From contig VJWM01000309.1 of the NCBI GenBank assembly GCA_010909165.1, positions 1-64,000 on the forward strand: 64,000 bases of DNA. The letters are read 5' to 3'. Source of the DNA: Anthoceros angustus (lineage: Eukaryota > Plantae > Anthocerotophyta). The position numbers and the translations under genes were made by a program. The notes beneath the pieces were generated by a model. It made no database searches. It saw nothing but the letters and a program-made list of their open reading frames with translations, and was not told the origin of the DNA. Position 1 is the stretch's first letter. Each line of letters starts with the position of its first letter. This document shows positions 11,166-24,509 of this stretch, piece after piece.

Positions 11166-14100
11166 ATGTCTCAGTTCAAAATGTGGATTCATGTTCTGGC
11201 CCTGATTTGCTGCTGGAGCAGCAGAATTCACATTGGAAGCGCGTTTGTGGAAGGCATTCCCACTGGCAGTTCGTTTGCGTCCAGCTCCCGAGATTACCTG
11301 CGTTTATTGTCCACGATGGCTTTGCCAAGCTCTGGTATGGACACAATCTGAACCTGCTTTGGTCCAGGATTAGCTTGGCCTTGCATCTGCATGCTTGACC
11401 TGATGTATGATTTGCAAGGTGTTTAAGACATTGACGGATCTGTCTTGGTTGCAAGCAGCGTCAGATCACTCTGCGCAAGGAATTAGTCGCACGCAGAGGC
11501 TTACCAGGCGTCGCCTTGATGAAGAGTCTTCAAATTTGGTGTCTGGTGGGTCATTAGCTGTAGTCTGACCAGGTTTCTGCTAGTACTTGAGCACCATATT
11601 GCATGGAACTCGCTGAGACGAGTGTGCTTGTCCTGTCATATGCAGGTGCATGTTTCCATAAGGAAGATGTCGAGGAAAGTCCACTTGCTATCGAGCGATC
11701 TGTCCTGTTGGAATTCAAGGTTTCCGTTACCAGAGACCTTAGCGGAGTCTTGCGAAGCTGGCAAGACTCCAATGACAATGCATCGCATTGCACCTGGGAG
11801 GGGATCCAGTGTGACAAGCAATGCCGTGTGGTGTCCCTGAATTTGGCTCACAGGTTGCTGGAGGGTACTATTACCCCAATGCTTGGGAGCTTGTCTGGCC
11901 TGACCAGTCTCAACTTGTCCGGAAACCATTTTCATGGGCACGTTCCGGCAGAGCTGGGGCGTGCGACATCCCTGAGGACGCTGGATCTGAGTGAGAATGA
12001 CGGTCTTTCCGGCCCCGTTCCATCTGCACTCAGTAACATTACAAATTTGGAGATTCTCATGCTGTCCAATCTTTCGTTGACAGGATCTGTTCCCGCAGCT
12101 CTGGGTGGACTGCAGTCATTGAGGATATTGAACATGGCATTCAATCAGCTGTCTGGTCCCGTTCCTAGTGAGCTAGGCAGGATGTCCTCCCTTTCCGTTC
12201 TAGATTTGTCTTGGAATTGGTTCATAAACGGGAGCATTCCGGCGCAGCTGGGAAACCTCACAAGGTTGGATACTCTTGATCTGTCAGGATGTATTCATCT
12301 CACTGGTGACATTCCTTCAGATTTGGGGCATGCAACATCGTTAAGGAACTTGTATCTGAGCAACAGTCAGTTGTCAGGGTTTATACCTGCGGCCTTCGGG
12401 AATCTTTCCAACTTAGAAGATCTAAATCTGCGCAACAACCTCCTAAGGGGCACCATACCAAGTGAACTGGGAAGATGCCACAAGCTTTCCATCTTTGCGC
12501 TGGGCTGGGATGCCTTGCTGGAGAAAGGGTACATTAGCGGTGAGATTCCGGAAGCTTTGAGGAATTGCACATCGCTCAGGGAATTGAGGCTGCGGGGCAA
12601 CCGATTGAAAGGTACAATTCCTCCAATACTGGGCATGCTGTCCGGTTTGGCCTATTTGGACTTGGGGATGAATAATCTTACAGGCACAATCCCTAGCACA
12701 TTTGGCAATCTGAGTCGTTTGCAACTCCTCTCCCTGGGTGCCAATTATCTCCACGGGCGGATACCTGGGGAACTGCAGCAGCTGCGAATGCTGCAAGGAA
12801 TAGGCCTGGACTTCAACCGGCTTTCAGGCCCTTTGCCTGATTGGTTCGGCAACTTCACGCACATGTGGGGAATCGGTGTGGGGTTCAACCAACTCACAGG
12901 AAGCATTCCACTGGGCTTACCAGCATCATTGACATGGTTTAACATTGCAGGCAACCCGATGTCAGGATCCATACCTCGATCAATGGGCAACCTCACCAGA
13001 CTGGAATCCCTTGTTCTCATGGGCACCGACTTGAGTGGTCCTATTCCACCTGAACTATCGAAGTGCTGGAAGCTGAAGTTTCTGACAATTGGCCGAGCAT
13101 CAGACTTGTTCCATAAGAGCAATATCAGTGGAATGATACCCGAGGAACTGGGGCAGCTGAGATTTATGGAGTTTTTGTGGTTGAGTTGGACGCACCTAAC
13201 AGGACCCATCCCGGCTTCTCTTGGCAATTGCAGCCGTATGGTGAACCTCACCTTGCATTCCAATTCTCTAACAGGTTCTATCCCCTCCTTTCTCGGTAGT
13301 CGTCAGACTCTGGCATACCTCAATCTAGCAGACAACCAGTTGACTGGGCAGATACCTGAGGAGCTCTTCCAGCATGGTGGAATCATATCTCTTCACCTTG
13401 CTCACAATCACCTCACAGGTCCAATGCCAGGGAATATTGGAGATCTTCACCAACTCCAGGTACTGTACGTGAACGACAACAACCTGACTGGTCGGATTCC
13501 CTGGTCCCTCAGCAACTGCCCTAACCTCCAGCAGCTGGATCTTTCGGGGAACGATCTGGAGGGGGATGTCTTCTCCGACGCACTTCACTCCCTTGCCAGC
13601 GCGATCCGCCTATTGAACCTCTCTAAGAACAGGTTTACAGGCACAATTGCCTCCTGGATGTCCAACGCAACCATGTTGCGCATCCTAGTGCTATCAGGAA
13701 ACCAATTCAGCGGTGAGCTCCCACAAAATCTGTCAGCTCTCCAGGGGTTCAGAGACCCAGACAATTACACCACCATTCGCGACGACTACTCCAACGATTA
13801 TGCAGCTCTGGAGGTCACCGCCAAGGGCACCATCCAGAACTACACCCGCCTCTACTACTCCACAACCATCCTGGACCTGTCCGACAACTCCTTCGAGGGC
13901 AGAATCCCCGCCGAGATAGGCACTCTTCACTACCTGCGCTTCCTCAACATGTCCCACAACAGGCTCACAGGAGAGATCCCCTCCACTTTCAGCAACCTCA
14001 AGGAGCTGGAGCAGATGGACTTGTCACACAACCAGCTCACAGGAACTATTCCATCATATGTGGGAGACCTTGACCTGCTCAGTGCCTTCAATGTGTCCTA

Positions 14101-14398
14101 CAACAATCTGTCAGGACCCATCCCAGGCACACCCAAATTCTCCCGCTTTGAGGAGTGGTCATTTGTGGGCAACCCCAACTTGTGCGGCCTTCCTCTCCAC
14201 TCAGCATGTAAGCTTCCACCAGCAACTCAAGATCCCGTAGGACTACCTTCATCACCACAACCAGCATCCCAGTTCCTGGAAGATTCCATCTCACTGGCAG
14301 GCTTCTGTGGAGGATTTAGCCTGGCCTTCAGCACCACCCTGGGCCTCCTTCTCTTCACCCAGAGGGGATGGTCATACGTCAATATACTTAATACCTAG
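11166..14398 (+). CDS. Leucine-rich-repeat receptor-like protein (RLP, no kinase), two exons
   Basis: Exon 1 (11166-11334) encodes a signal-peptide-like N-terminus. GT..AG intron 11335-11645 joins in frame to LRRNT (HCTWEGIQC), many plant LxxLxLxxNxLxGxIP repeats, an island domain, GNPNLCG, a GxxxG-containing TM helix and a short tail ending YVNILNT. Confidence 0.93.
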
Positions 14399-15181
14399 CA
14401 TGCATACAGTGGCTCGTTCTGTCCACACACAGGGAGGCGGCGGTACCGTCTCACAAACCAGGAAAATGACACATCTGAGTGACACCGCTGACGGGGCTTG
14501 GCTTGGCACACTATGTACCTATTCCTTTATTTTGTAGGGAAAACATGATTTCCCGTACAGTGTTACCTTTCATTGTCGGCAAAAGTAACAGGGAAATCTC
14601 ACGGCCTTCCGAAGGGACCACGCTCCAGCAGACGCCACGTGTATCTCTGTGTTCTCCGATGAAGCGCCCACAGAGAGCAATGCCGACCGACAGTGCGACA
14701 CGAGGCGCGCGGTTCCTTTGCCAAAGCTTCAAATTAAGGAGCTCAGTGCTGTACAAGAGACGTTTGCTGCTCATCGCTGTCTTTTTACGCTTCAAGGAGT
14801 GTGCTGCATTGATGCCTTTTGGTGGAAATGGGGAATTAAATTGCTTTGAAGCAGATTGTGTTGTGCATTGTGAGAACCACTGTTGTGGAGAGCTTGCCAG
14901 ACAAAGATCCGGTTTTGGGCTGTGTCGCTCGAGGTGCCACCAGCTGTGAGTAATCTTGCGGAGGATGGGTTATTCTAGGAGGAGAGACATAGTCGTTCCG
15001 TGGAGACCTGTGTTGCTGTGGATGATTTGTCGTCAGGAGAGGAACGTTTTTGCACTGGCGTTCAGGGTCTGCTGATTTGAGAAGTCTCGGACCATGTCCT
15101 GGTTGGGGACTTAGCAGGCAGGAAGGCAGACAGGCATATTCAAGAATTGGACAAAGCAGTTCCTAGCTGAGCTCGCCGACC

Positions 15182-18100
15182 ATGTCTGGGCTCTCTGAGC
15201 TTGGCACATCTGCCCTAATCAATGGGTTGACATGTGTGGGATTCATAGTCGCTTTTTCGTTTCTCAAGAACCAGCCCATGAACTCCCGAGTTTATTTTCC
15301 GGCCTGGTATCGAAAGGGGCACCGGGTTGGAGAGGCTAGTGAATGTAGTACAAGTTTGCGGAAGTATTTGAACCTTGACGTGAAAAGCTACTTACATGCC
15401 TTTGACTGGGTGAAAGGGTGCTACCGTATGCCGGAATCTGAGCTCATTGAACATGCTGGCCTTGACGCAGTTGTCTTCCTTCGAGTCTTCGTAGTTGGGT
15501 AAGTGGGTTTTCTGAGTTGTCCATGTGTCATCTCACCCTGGCATTGTTTTGCGTGCTAGACTCAGCTGATGTTGTTCTTTTGGCAGGTTGAAGGTTTTTC
15601 TGCCAGTGGCGTTTTATTGCTTTGTTATCCTTGTGCCCATCAACCACACTGACAATGGGCTTGAAACGTACCGCGCTGCTCACTCTGATTTCGTCTATAC
15701 TGACCTGGACAAGCTGACCATCGCAAATGTAAACGATGGGTCAAAGAGGTTAGTTGTTGGGTTTGTTCGTTGTGATCTGCTGAATGTGCATGAGAACGAA
15801 GCACGTCAAAACTTTCTCGAATCAGCGAGCATTTAACTTTGTTTCGTGCAGGTTGTGGGCGCATCTGATTTCAGCTTATCTTTTCACTGCATGGACATGT
15901 CTGGTTCTGTACATAGAGCTCCAAAAAATAGTGGCACTGCGATTTCAGTTTCTGGCTTCACAGCCCCGTCGGCCTGATGAGTTCACTGTAAGCTGTGCGG
16001 GAGGGAAGCATGATTATTGCTAAGTGACTAGATTGTATGTTATGCTGTTGAGATTGTTTTATGGAAATTGACGAACTGCTTGGTGCAGATTCTTGTCAGA
16101 CAGGTGCCTGAGGACAAGGACGAATCACTGAGTCTTCAAGTTGAGCATTTTTTTAGAGTGAATCATCCTGAACATTACAGTTTCCATCAGGTTTGCCAGA
16201 CGCATTTTCTTCTGCTTGAGCAGCTTCTACTTACTAGAGTCTTACCCTCTGCTCTCGCTCAGTTATAACTGGTCCACTATGCGCTATAGGTTGTCTACAA
16301 TGCTCGGAAATTGGCCGGCCTGCTGGCTGAGAAAGGCAAGAATGAGAATAAGCTAGTGTATCTCGAAGCGAAGTACAAAAAGTCATCGAAAAGACCTACA
16401 ACAAGAGTTACTCTCAGTCTCTCTTTCACTCCCTAGCTTTTCCCCATGTGCAATGCACAGTACGCATGTTAGAACTGAGAGCGATGTGTTATGCAAGCCT
16501 GCTTTGTTAGGCTTGGGCGTGATGCTAGCCCGTCTTGTGCAGCTAACGCTGAAAAAACGTATCTAACTTTGCAGAAGGGGTTTTTGCATCTTTTTGGTGG
16601 GAAAGTGGATCGGATCGATGTATTGGAAGCAGAGATCACAAGATTATCTTCTGAGGTATGAAGGCCCTGTGACCCCACTCAAGAGTCATATTTCCAGCCC
16701 TTGGAAGTGTTGAATGTGTTATGTTGTGCTACTATGGATGCAGATTGTTGATGAACGGAGGAATGTGCTCCAAAACAGTGATAATATTATGCCTGCTGCT
16801 TTTGTCACTTTCCAAACACGATGGGGAGCTGCTGTTTGCGCCCAAACTCAGCAAACTCGTGATGCAACCACATGGCTAACAGAGTGGGCACCAGAGCCAC
16901 GTGATGTATATTGGCCAAACCTGGCGATCCCCTATGTCAGCTTAAGTTCTCGCAAAATTGGGACGCGGGTGGTTGTATTTTTCGTTGTGGTCTTCTTTAT
17001 GTTCCCAGTTACTTTTGTTCAGTCACTGGCCAATTTGGATGGAATCGAGAAGAAAGCGCCATTTCTGAGTTTCATCGTTGAGCAGTAAGTGAATTATGCC
17101 TCACATTGTCACGTTGGTTGCATTCAACTCCTGCATGCTAGATTAGTTTTGAGCAAGATCCAGCAGGTGCGGGCAGATTGTTAACCGCCATCTTGTATCA
17201 GCTCTGATAGGCACTGTGTGTTCACAGGGAATTCATCAATTCAGTCCTGCAGGGATTTTTGCCTGGCCTTTCGTTGAAGATATTTTTGCTCATTATTCCA
17301 TTTATTCTTATGATTCTCTCAAAGATCGAAGGGCATGTCTCAAGGTCAAAACTAGATCTGAGTACATCAGGAAAATATTTTCTGGTTATGGTGGTGAATG
17401 TGTTCCTTGGTAATGTCATAGTTGGAACTGCTTTTCAGCAGCTGAAGCAGTATGTGGAGGCACCACCTGAGTAAGCACAAAACTTGGTACCCCTAACGAT
17501 CAGATTTCCTACCCGCTTTCTGCATTTGGTAACGGGTGTTTTCCATTGTTGTGCAACAGGATCCCTTCAACACTGGGAAAGGCGATACCTTCAAAAGCCG
17601 TCTTTTTTATGACCTATATCATGGTCGATGGGTGGTCTAGCTTAGCAGGAGAGCTCCTACGTCTGTTTCCCCTTCTCATTTTCCAAGCAAAGGCTGCCGT
17701 CTTTCTCAGAACAGAGAAGGACTTGGATGACGCAACTCCAGCGGGCAATGTCTGTTATGAAACAGTGTTTCCACAACTGGGGCTGTACTTTCTACTTGGA
17801 TTAGTCTATTCCACAAGTTCACCTCTCATTCTACCATTCCTTATCTTCTTTTTTGGCTTCGGGCATATGACCTACCGGCACCAGGTACTATGTTGGCCTT
17901 TTTCAGGTCCTCTTCAAATTTGCTTAGCCATTTGTGCTCATATATGTTCGTGCCTTTTCGTACTGACCATATGTCATAACACACAGATCATAAACGTCTA
18001 CGAGCCGGAGTACGAGACAGCAGCCTCCTTCTGGCCACACATCCATCATCGCATTATTGCTGCTTTGATTATCATGCAGATCACTCTTGTTGGGCTTTTC

Positions 18101-18556
18101 TCCATCAAAAAGGCTCCACTGACAACGCCCTTTTTACTCCCACTACCTTGTATCACTCTTCTGTTCTTTTGGTATTGTCGTAACAAGTTTGAGCCAGCTT
18201 TCAGGCGCTATCCTTTACAGGTCAGTACACCTTGCTTGTAAAGGGCAATTCTGCTTTAATGCTGCTCTCCAATTCACCCAGAGCTGATGCTTGAAAAGTT
18301 GTTTCAATCTTTGCAGGAAGCAAAAGTGAAGGATACACTTGAGCGCCGTCGTAAACCTTATTTAGATCCTGCAGTTGATATGGCCGACGCTTACATGGAC
18401 CCGGCTTTGAAGGCAGCTTGTGCTGAGGAAGGCTCCGAGATGAATCGTCTCGAGGGAGGAACTGCAGATGGTCCACCATTAGTACCTGTTAGGAAAAGGA
18501 CATGGACATCTGACGTGAAGAAAGATGCTGACACGGACAAAAGGCTGCCGTGTTGA
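15182..18556 (+). CDS. OSCA: OSCA/CSC1/ERD4-family (TMEM63) mechanosensitive calcium-permeable channel, multi-exon
   Basis: Exons encode KNQPMNSRVYFP, ELIEHAGLDAVVFLR, AAFVTFQTRWGAAVCAQTQQ, WLTEWAPEPRDVYWPNL, FFMTYIMVDGW and YRHQIINVY, separated by short GT-AG introns. Confidence 0.95.
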
Positions 18557-19133
18557 TTTTTAGATATTTTTCGGTTCACATGAATATGGACAGTTAATTG
18601 CTCATCGTTTGAGTAGTGAGCTGAATCTAGGGAATCGCTCGTCTGCCATCACAAAGTGACCTCGCCGGAGTTTCCCGATCAAGCGTAAACAACGTTTCCC
18701 GACGCTGCCAAAACGCGGAGAGTAATACTGTATACCAGCGAAGAACGAAGAGAAATGGAATCAGGAGAAGGCTCGAACGAAAGGGCGCATATCCTGACGG
18801 CACGCCCTCCAGTGCTCGGCAAGGGATGAAGGGGCTGGCAGGTTTACACCTGGCTGGCGGAAAAACGAAGCACAACATTGAAATTTACTTATGCTTTGAG
18901 CATACATCAGGCCAGTTAGGTCATGCACAAAATTGGATACAGATGGGAGAATCTAGACACGCGTTCTCCAGGCAGCTTGTTATGAACATGGCTGTGGAAG
19001 AAAGGGGGAAGGAAAAAACGTGTAGCCAGCGCCTTCCAGGAGACAAAAGAAAATGGACACAGACAGAGAATTTCCCTGCTGAATATAAACAGACATTCGA
19101 CAGATACAGAAGAGGAGAGCAAGCCAAGCCATG

Positions 19134-19931
19134 CTAAGCAGTGAATCCAACCCTGTCCGCATACTCAAATTGAGCAGCAAGGCGGTCAAGCTGGCCCTTC
19201 ACACTCATGTCAATGGACGAGGAGCCGTCCTTCCCGTACTTGATGATGAAGCCTGCGATGAGAGAAGGATCGATGACGTTCTTCAACCTTACATTCTGAG
19301 CTCCGCTAAGAGATTGAATCTTTTTGGCAATCAGAGCTAGCTGGCTGTTCTCAATCTTCACAGCAGAGGTGACAACGGCGGCCTGAGTGTTGGTGAGCTC
19401 GTTGTAAATCACCTCGAACTCCTTGATAATGTCCTTGATGAGACCTATCCTCTTCTTGTCCACTAGGAGATAGAGGAAGCTGAGCGTGTACTGGTTGAAG
19501 CGCGCATCCCTGGCCAACTTCGCAAGCACCTCCTTCTTCTTCTCATCCGGCACCACAGGGCTCACCAAAAAGTCAAACACCGCAGGATCCTCCAACACCG
19601 AGGCCACCTTGTCCACGTCCCCGTTCACCTTGTCCAAAGTGCGGGTAGACTTGGCCAAATCCGCCAACGCACCCGCATATCCTGCCGCCGCGGTGTCCGA
19701 CGCCATGCGCACCACACCCCGGTGTCCCGCGCTCCTCCCGCTCACTTGCGGCACCTTGGAAGCCACCACATTGCGATTCCGGGTGAGGGAGCCGGCCCGG
19801 AGGCTCGCAACCGGCCTCACTCCAACCGAAGCCCGCACAGAAGTCCCGGAACAAGACGCGACGATATCCACTCCCTTCGCCGGAGCTACACAAGACCTCC
19901 CCGATGCAACAGAATGCTGCAAAGCCTCCAT
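19134..19931 (-). CDS. ATPD: Chloroplast ATP synthase delta subunit with transit peptide
   Basis: DTAAAGYAGALAD...AVVTSAVKIENSQLALIAKKIQSLSGAQNVRLKNVIDPSLIAGFIIKYG...IDMSVKGQL, preceded by an S/R/A-rich transit peptide. ATG at 19931 gives 265 aa. Confidence 0.96.
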   Translation of the reverse strand: MEALQHSVASGRSCVAPAKGVDIVASCSGTSVRASVGVRPVASLRAGSLTRNRNVVASKVPQVSGRSAGHRGVVRMASDTAAAGYAGALADLAKSTRTLDKVNGDVDKVASVLEDPAVFDFLVSPVVPDEKKKEVLAKLARDARFNQYTLSFLYLLVDKKRIGLIKDIIKEFEVIYNELTNTQAAVVTSAVKIENSQLALIAKKIQSLSGAQNVRLKNVIDPSLIAGFIIKYGKDGSSSIDMSVKGQLDRLAAQFEYADRVGFTA

Positions 19932-20685
19932 CTCTGCCGCTGCGACGCCGTTCAAACAAGCTTGCGCAGGAGACAGACCAGACTGGCGCAACAACAGCCA
20001 GGCCGCCTCAGATCCGATCCCTAGCAACACATCTCCCAAAACTCCCCTTCCGCTCCGCAAAATGCAGGCGTCCGGCAACAAAGCTTCCACGATTTTCTTT
20101 CAGCTGCAGGAAGCTGACTTGAGCTGGACACAGGAAAAGCAAGCGATGGCGGACGTGAGGCAGGCACCACCGCGGATAGGGCCCTGGATCATGCTGTCAT
20201 GGCGTGGTCCGTGTGGACGGGATAACGCGCTCCGGAAAACCTCCTCTCCGCTGCCGCCATTTGGCGCTCCTGTCAGAGCATCGAGATCGCGAACTGGGGA
20301 GGAGAGAAATGACCTACCCTGTCCGCCACGGCTACCCTAACCGCGGTTGCGCTACCCGCATAAGGTTACGCTAACCCCACCCTGGGTACGCTAACCTCGT
20401 CCTAGAGTCGGACCCGACCACACCGCTTCAACCACTTCTTCAGTTCCCGGTTCACTAGACGCGGATCACCCGCCGCCTGGTTCTCTGATCGGGACCGTCT
20501 TCCTGTCTCTCCCAACAGGACCCTTCGTTCCCCGCGTCGACAGAAACCGGATCGCCGTCGATTCCTTCTCCAGCGCCTCCAGTCCAGTCCTCGGTACCAT
20601 CACCAGTGCCGCATTCAGAATTACAGAACCCTTCATTCATGATCCAGCACATCCCACAGGACCCAGAGCTGCAAGGGGGAACAGG

Positions 20686-21594
20686 ATGCCTTCAGGCCTC
20701 CCGGATCCGCAAGTGGAACTATGCCCGCTCTGCTACACCGTTCTGAACGACAAGCTATGGGCCACGATGGGGGAATGCAGCCACTCGTACCACCTAAAAT
20801 GCCTGCTTTCGGCCTTCATCAGCGAGAACGCCCACAACTCCGAGTACGTGATCTGCCCAGCATGCAGGCTGGCAGTAGTAAGCGGAAGCCCAGCATCCGA
20901 GCGGCGGCTACGGAAGAAGCTCAGCATCGCAGACCCCCCACCGGAACTTCAGCACATCCACGCGCCTAGATGGAAGCTGAAGTCTCACCAGCTGGTCCCG
21001 GGGCAGGCCTACCACAGAGCCAAGACCTCCCCGCCCCGCGGGCCCGTCATGCTCTCCCAGGCCCGGCTTCCCGGCACCAGCGCCAGGCAACGCCTCTTCA
21101 GACAGGTGGTGGGCACCCCCAATATATTCGACAAGGGCGATGGAAGCTCGGCCAAACTTCCCCCGGGCCCGATCAAGCTGCAGCCCCGGATGCCCATCTC
21201 GGTATCGGAGCTCCTGGGCAGGCCCAGATCTGCACCACGCAGAATCGGACGCGCGCATGCGAATCGCCATACACGGGCTCTGACGCATTCTCGTTCCCAT
21301 CTGAGGCGGCCGTTTGCCCTGCAGGCAAGGCAGGGCCTCGGGAAGGAGTCCCCATGGGCTGATCCAGGGCCTGCTGGTGGACAGCCCGGGTGGCCTGCTC
21401 TCGGGGCGCCATTGTCGACGGGAGCAAGTGCCGGGACAGGCACCGTGCTGGCGCCGGCCGCCGCCAGGGCCAGGCCCAGGCACTTGTTCAAAATCCACCG
21501 ACCCATCAAGCGGCGAAACTATCTCGCCAGACACGCTGCCATCGCTCGCCGGCAACGAGCCGCTGCCCATCTACATACGCAGCTCGACCCTTGA
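20686..21594 (+). CDS. RING-H2 finger protein (one RING plus basic, Pro-rich tail)
   Basis: CPLC-x14-CSHSYHLKC-x17-CPAC; intronless. Confidence 0.7.
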   Translation: MPSGLPDPQVELCPLCYTVLNDKLWATMGECSHSYHLKCLLSAFISENAHNSEYVICPACRLAVVSGSPASERRLRKKLSIADPPPELQHIHAPRWKLKSHQLVPGQAYHRAKTSPPRGPVMLSQARLPGTSARQRLFRQVVGTPNIFDKGDGSSAKLPPGPIKLQPRMPISVSELLGRPRSAPRRIGRAHANRHTRALTHSRSHLRRPFALQARQGLGKESPWADPGPAGGQPGWPALGAPLSTGASAGTGTVLAPAAARARPRHLFKIHRPIKRRNYLARHAAIARRQRAAAHLHTQLDP

Positions 21595-23141
21595 CGAACG
21601 CATCATCTCATCAAACGTGTTTGAGAAACGGAACTTGGTTTATTTCCACTATTTTTTTCCTTTTTCTTGTCCAAGGCCACCAGGATTGTCACACAAAGTT
21701 TTATTGGTTTCCTATTAAGGACAGCGCAGAATCGCAATTTGTGGAAGAAGACGACTAGAGAAGTTACAGTACTATACAAATTATATCCATAGACTTCATG
21801 AGTTTATTTCTACTTTCTTTATAAAGTAAAAACTTGAAAGATTAGATTGATTATGAAAATCATGTATTATGAATGGGCTTAAGAGAGAGCATAAAGGACA
21901 TCTCCTATAGCTAAGAATTTTTTTAATGAATATTATTTTATAAATAATGATAGAGATAATATCTTATGATAAAATAGGAGAATAATAAGATTGAACTTTA
22001 TTAAGGAAGGAGAATCAGTCTATGAATTTAGGAGAACTAGTTTGTAGTCTTTGTAATGCAGCACAATAAGCAAGTTATCTCTTTCTCATTCTTGATATAT
22101 TTTTTGCCTCTTAGAACTATACTTGAGTACTCGGATTTCTAGCTGAACCAAGATATTACATATTTAAAAAACAATCAAAGATTGGAATTAAGTGAGAAAC
22201 CTAAACTTCTCAATTTGGAGTTAAGAGGATTTGGATGTGGTGTATTCAATCTATGTTGTCTCTTTTGTTACCAATATAACATAAATATATATTAATAAAA
22301 TTAATACATATATTATCTTTATGATCATCAAATTGAAGCATTGACATACTACAGTATTATTGAAAAAAATAGATAACTTGAATTTGAGTTTTTTCCTACA
22401 TCGATTCATTTTATGACAGTAGTCATATGTGAAGCTAATAACAAGAAAAACACTTAGAAAGATAATGTACATATAGCAAAGCGTACTACGAGTAGTGCAA
22501 GAACAAGTCTACTTCTTGTGTAATGCCCCTCCAAAGCCTCACAAAGCCGTAAGCTTGCCAAATTGTAACGTTTTGGAGTTGCACAATTAAGTACATAGAA
22601 TAACTATAATTCTACTAAAACAAAGAACTACAATACTACTGAAAGGATCCAACTCATTAGGCCTAATCTTTGGTAGCAAGCTTTTCTCACATACCTCTAA
22701 AACTTGTAAACAATCCTACTCTCGAGGCACCTTGTGTGTTTGTTGCTGGAGATTTCCCAAGCATATGTTCACTAGGACAATATGAAGGTTGCGCAAAAAC
22801 CCTATATGCAAGCTTAGTGAACCTACTCCACAAGCAATAATTATATATTTTAATTATCTACTTATAGTTCAATTGTCAATGGTCTAGTTGTGTGAATCAA
22901 ATTTCCCTTCTTAACCCTAGCCACTTTAAAGTATGCTGATTTGAGGTGCTAAAACAAACAAGGCTCCAAGATCTGCAAGCCTAGACGGTGTTAATGTGGG
23001 CGATCTCATAAGGTTCGGCTTTTGAACCTTCACAGACTCAGAAGCACGATCGGGCCATCCCTTCTGCACACCGTGTCGAATTCATGTTGACGCCGCAATG
23101 TTCAACGGTGCAATGTGATCGTTATTACAGAGACCTGACAC

Positions 23142-24509
23142 ATGACTCGGTTAGGAATCCGGTTACTAGACCCTCCCCCGGCGCATCCAGCTGCACGTGG
23201 CGGCCGATCGCGATCGGAGGATGCCCTCCCAGAGTCCGGGCCTGGCGACGGCAACGGCAACGGCACGGACGTCGACGAGGCCAGGGATGTGTGTGCCATA
23301 TGCCGATTGCTGCTGCAAGGGCAGCCCTGGATCAGGCTCCCGCCCTGCAGCCATGTGTACCATATCCAATGCGTGGGCAACTGGTTCCACGCCCGAGCTG
23401 CGGCCAAGCGCAGTTGCCCGCTCTGCCGGATCGTGTCTGCTCCGACGGGAGATGGACATCTAGACTCGCCAGGAAAATCGCCCATCAACGGTAGTGGGTG
23501 GGAGAGGCCGCAGAGCAGCCTCTGGCGGCTCTTGGACCAGATGGGCGGCAAGGTCGATCACAACGGGGCTGCAGATCTCGGTGTAAGCGAGGGTTCGTGG
23601 AAGGCAGCAGATGTAGAGCGTGACAGCGCCGAGGGCGAGGTGGATGAGGAGGCTGAGGAATGCTCCATCTGCAGGGAGGTGCTGGGGGCCGCGTACTGGA
23701 CCAGGGTGGAGTCGGCAGGGTGCGGGCATGGGTTCCACGTCGCCTGCGGTGTGCGCTTCTTCTTCAACCGGGGGGATGTGAGGCAGGACTGCCCGGTGTG
23801 CGAGAGGACGGTTTCCCCGCCGGATCTGCCGCCCGGGTTCGACTCGTCCTGGATCACCAGCAAAGACAGACACAGCAAGGAGATCCCCGAGGTGGTGCTC
23901 CGGTTCCTGCTGCGGTATCAGATGGTGAGCCGCCGGCCCGGGGACGGGCAGATCCGGGTGCCCCTGGACGAGGCGCGCGGGAAGTGCGTGGTCTGCAGGG
24001 CCGTGCTGGTGGGGAGATTCTGGGTGTGCATGCCGTGCTGCAGGAGTGGCGTGCATGTGAACTGCCTGGCGGTGTGGTTTCTTCACTGCGGGCCCGGGGG
24101 CATGGTGTGCCCCGAGGCGCAGTGTGGGGTGTCGGCGGTCGAGCCGCCGGTAGGTTGCGAGATGGAGGGGGGGGAGATGCTGAACCCCATCGCCAGCGCC
24201 CACGAGCTGCATCCTGGAGCGGCGTGGCTCGCCCTGTCGCACCTGCAACGGCCGGTGGCGCCCGATGATCCTTCTGTGCGGGCGCTTGTGATGGGGCCGG
24301 GGATCTCGGTTCCGTCCTGGATCGGAGGGTTGCAGGCAGAAGAGCGTGGTCCTGATTCTGAGATTGGGACGGAAGCGACGGAGCGTGGCGAGATTATCCC
24401 TGCCGTCTTGTCGCCCGAGCTGCCGGCTTCGAAGGATGGCGCGGAGAGCTCAGCGCCAGGTGCCGCCCGAGATCAGCCTTCCTCCAAGAGACGACGCGTT
24501 TCCGATTGA
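23142..24509 (+). CDS. Protein with three tandem RING-H2-like domains and a C-terminal NLS-like KRRR
   Basis: CAIC..CSHVYHIQC..CPLC; CSIC..CGHGFHVAC..CPVC; CVVC..CCRSGVHVNC..CPEAQC. Intronless, 455 aa. Confidence 0.8.
   Translation: MTRLGIRLLDPPPAHPAARGGRSRSEDALPESGPGDGNGNGTDVDEARDVCAICRLLLQGQPWIRLPPCSHVYHIQCVGNWFHARAAAKRSCPLCRIVSAPTGDGHLDSPGKSPINGSGWERPQSSLWRLLDQMGGKVDHNGAADLGVSEGSWKAADVERDSAEGEVDEEAEECSICREVLGAAYWTRVESAGCGHGFHVACGVRFFFNRGDVRQDCPVCERTVSPPDLPPGFDSSWITSKDRHSKEIPEVVLRFLLRYQMVSRRPGDGQIRVPLDEARGKCVVCRAVLVGRFWVCMPCCRSGVHVNCLAVWFLHCGPGGMVCPEAQCGVSAVEPPVGCEMEGGEMLNPIASAHELHPGAAWLALSHLQRPVAPDDPSVRALVMGPGISVPSWIGGLQAEERGPDSEIGTEATERGEIIPAVLSPELPASKDGAESSAPGAARDQPSSKRRRVSD

Noticed and set aside
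19932-20090. N-terminal extension of ATPD in the 318-aa ORF
   Set aside because: It starts at GTG. The ATG at 19931 already gives a normal transit peptide.
19486-24268. Long overlapping or antisense ORFs (19486-20340, 20908-21570, 23460-24248, 23660-24268; similar ones at 52885-53463 and 58057-58839)
   Set aside because: Shadow frames of GC-rich coding sequence with no recognisable motifs.
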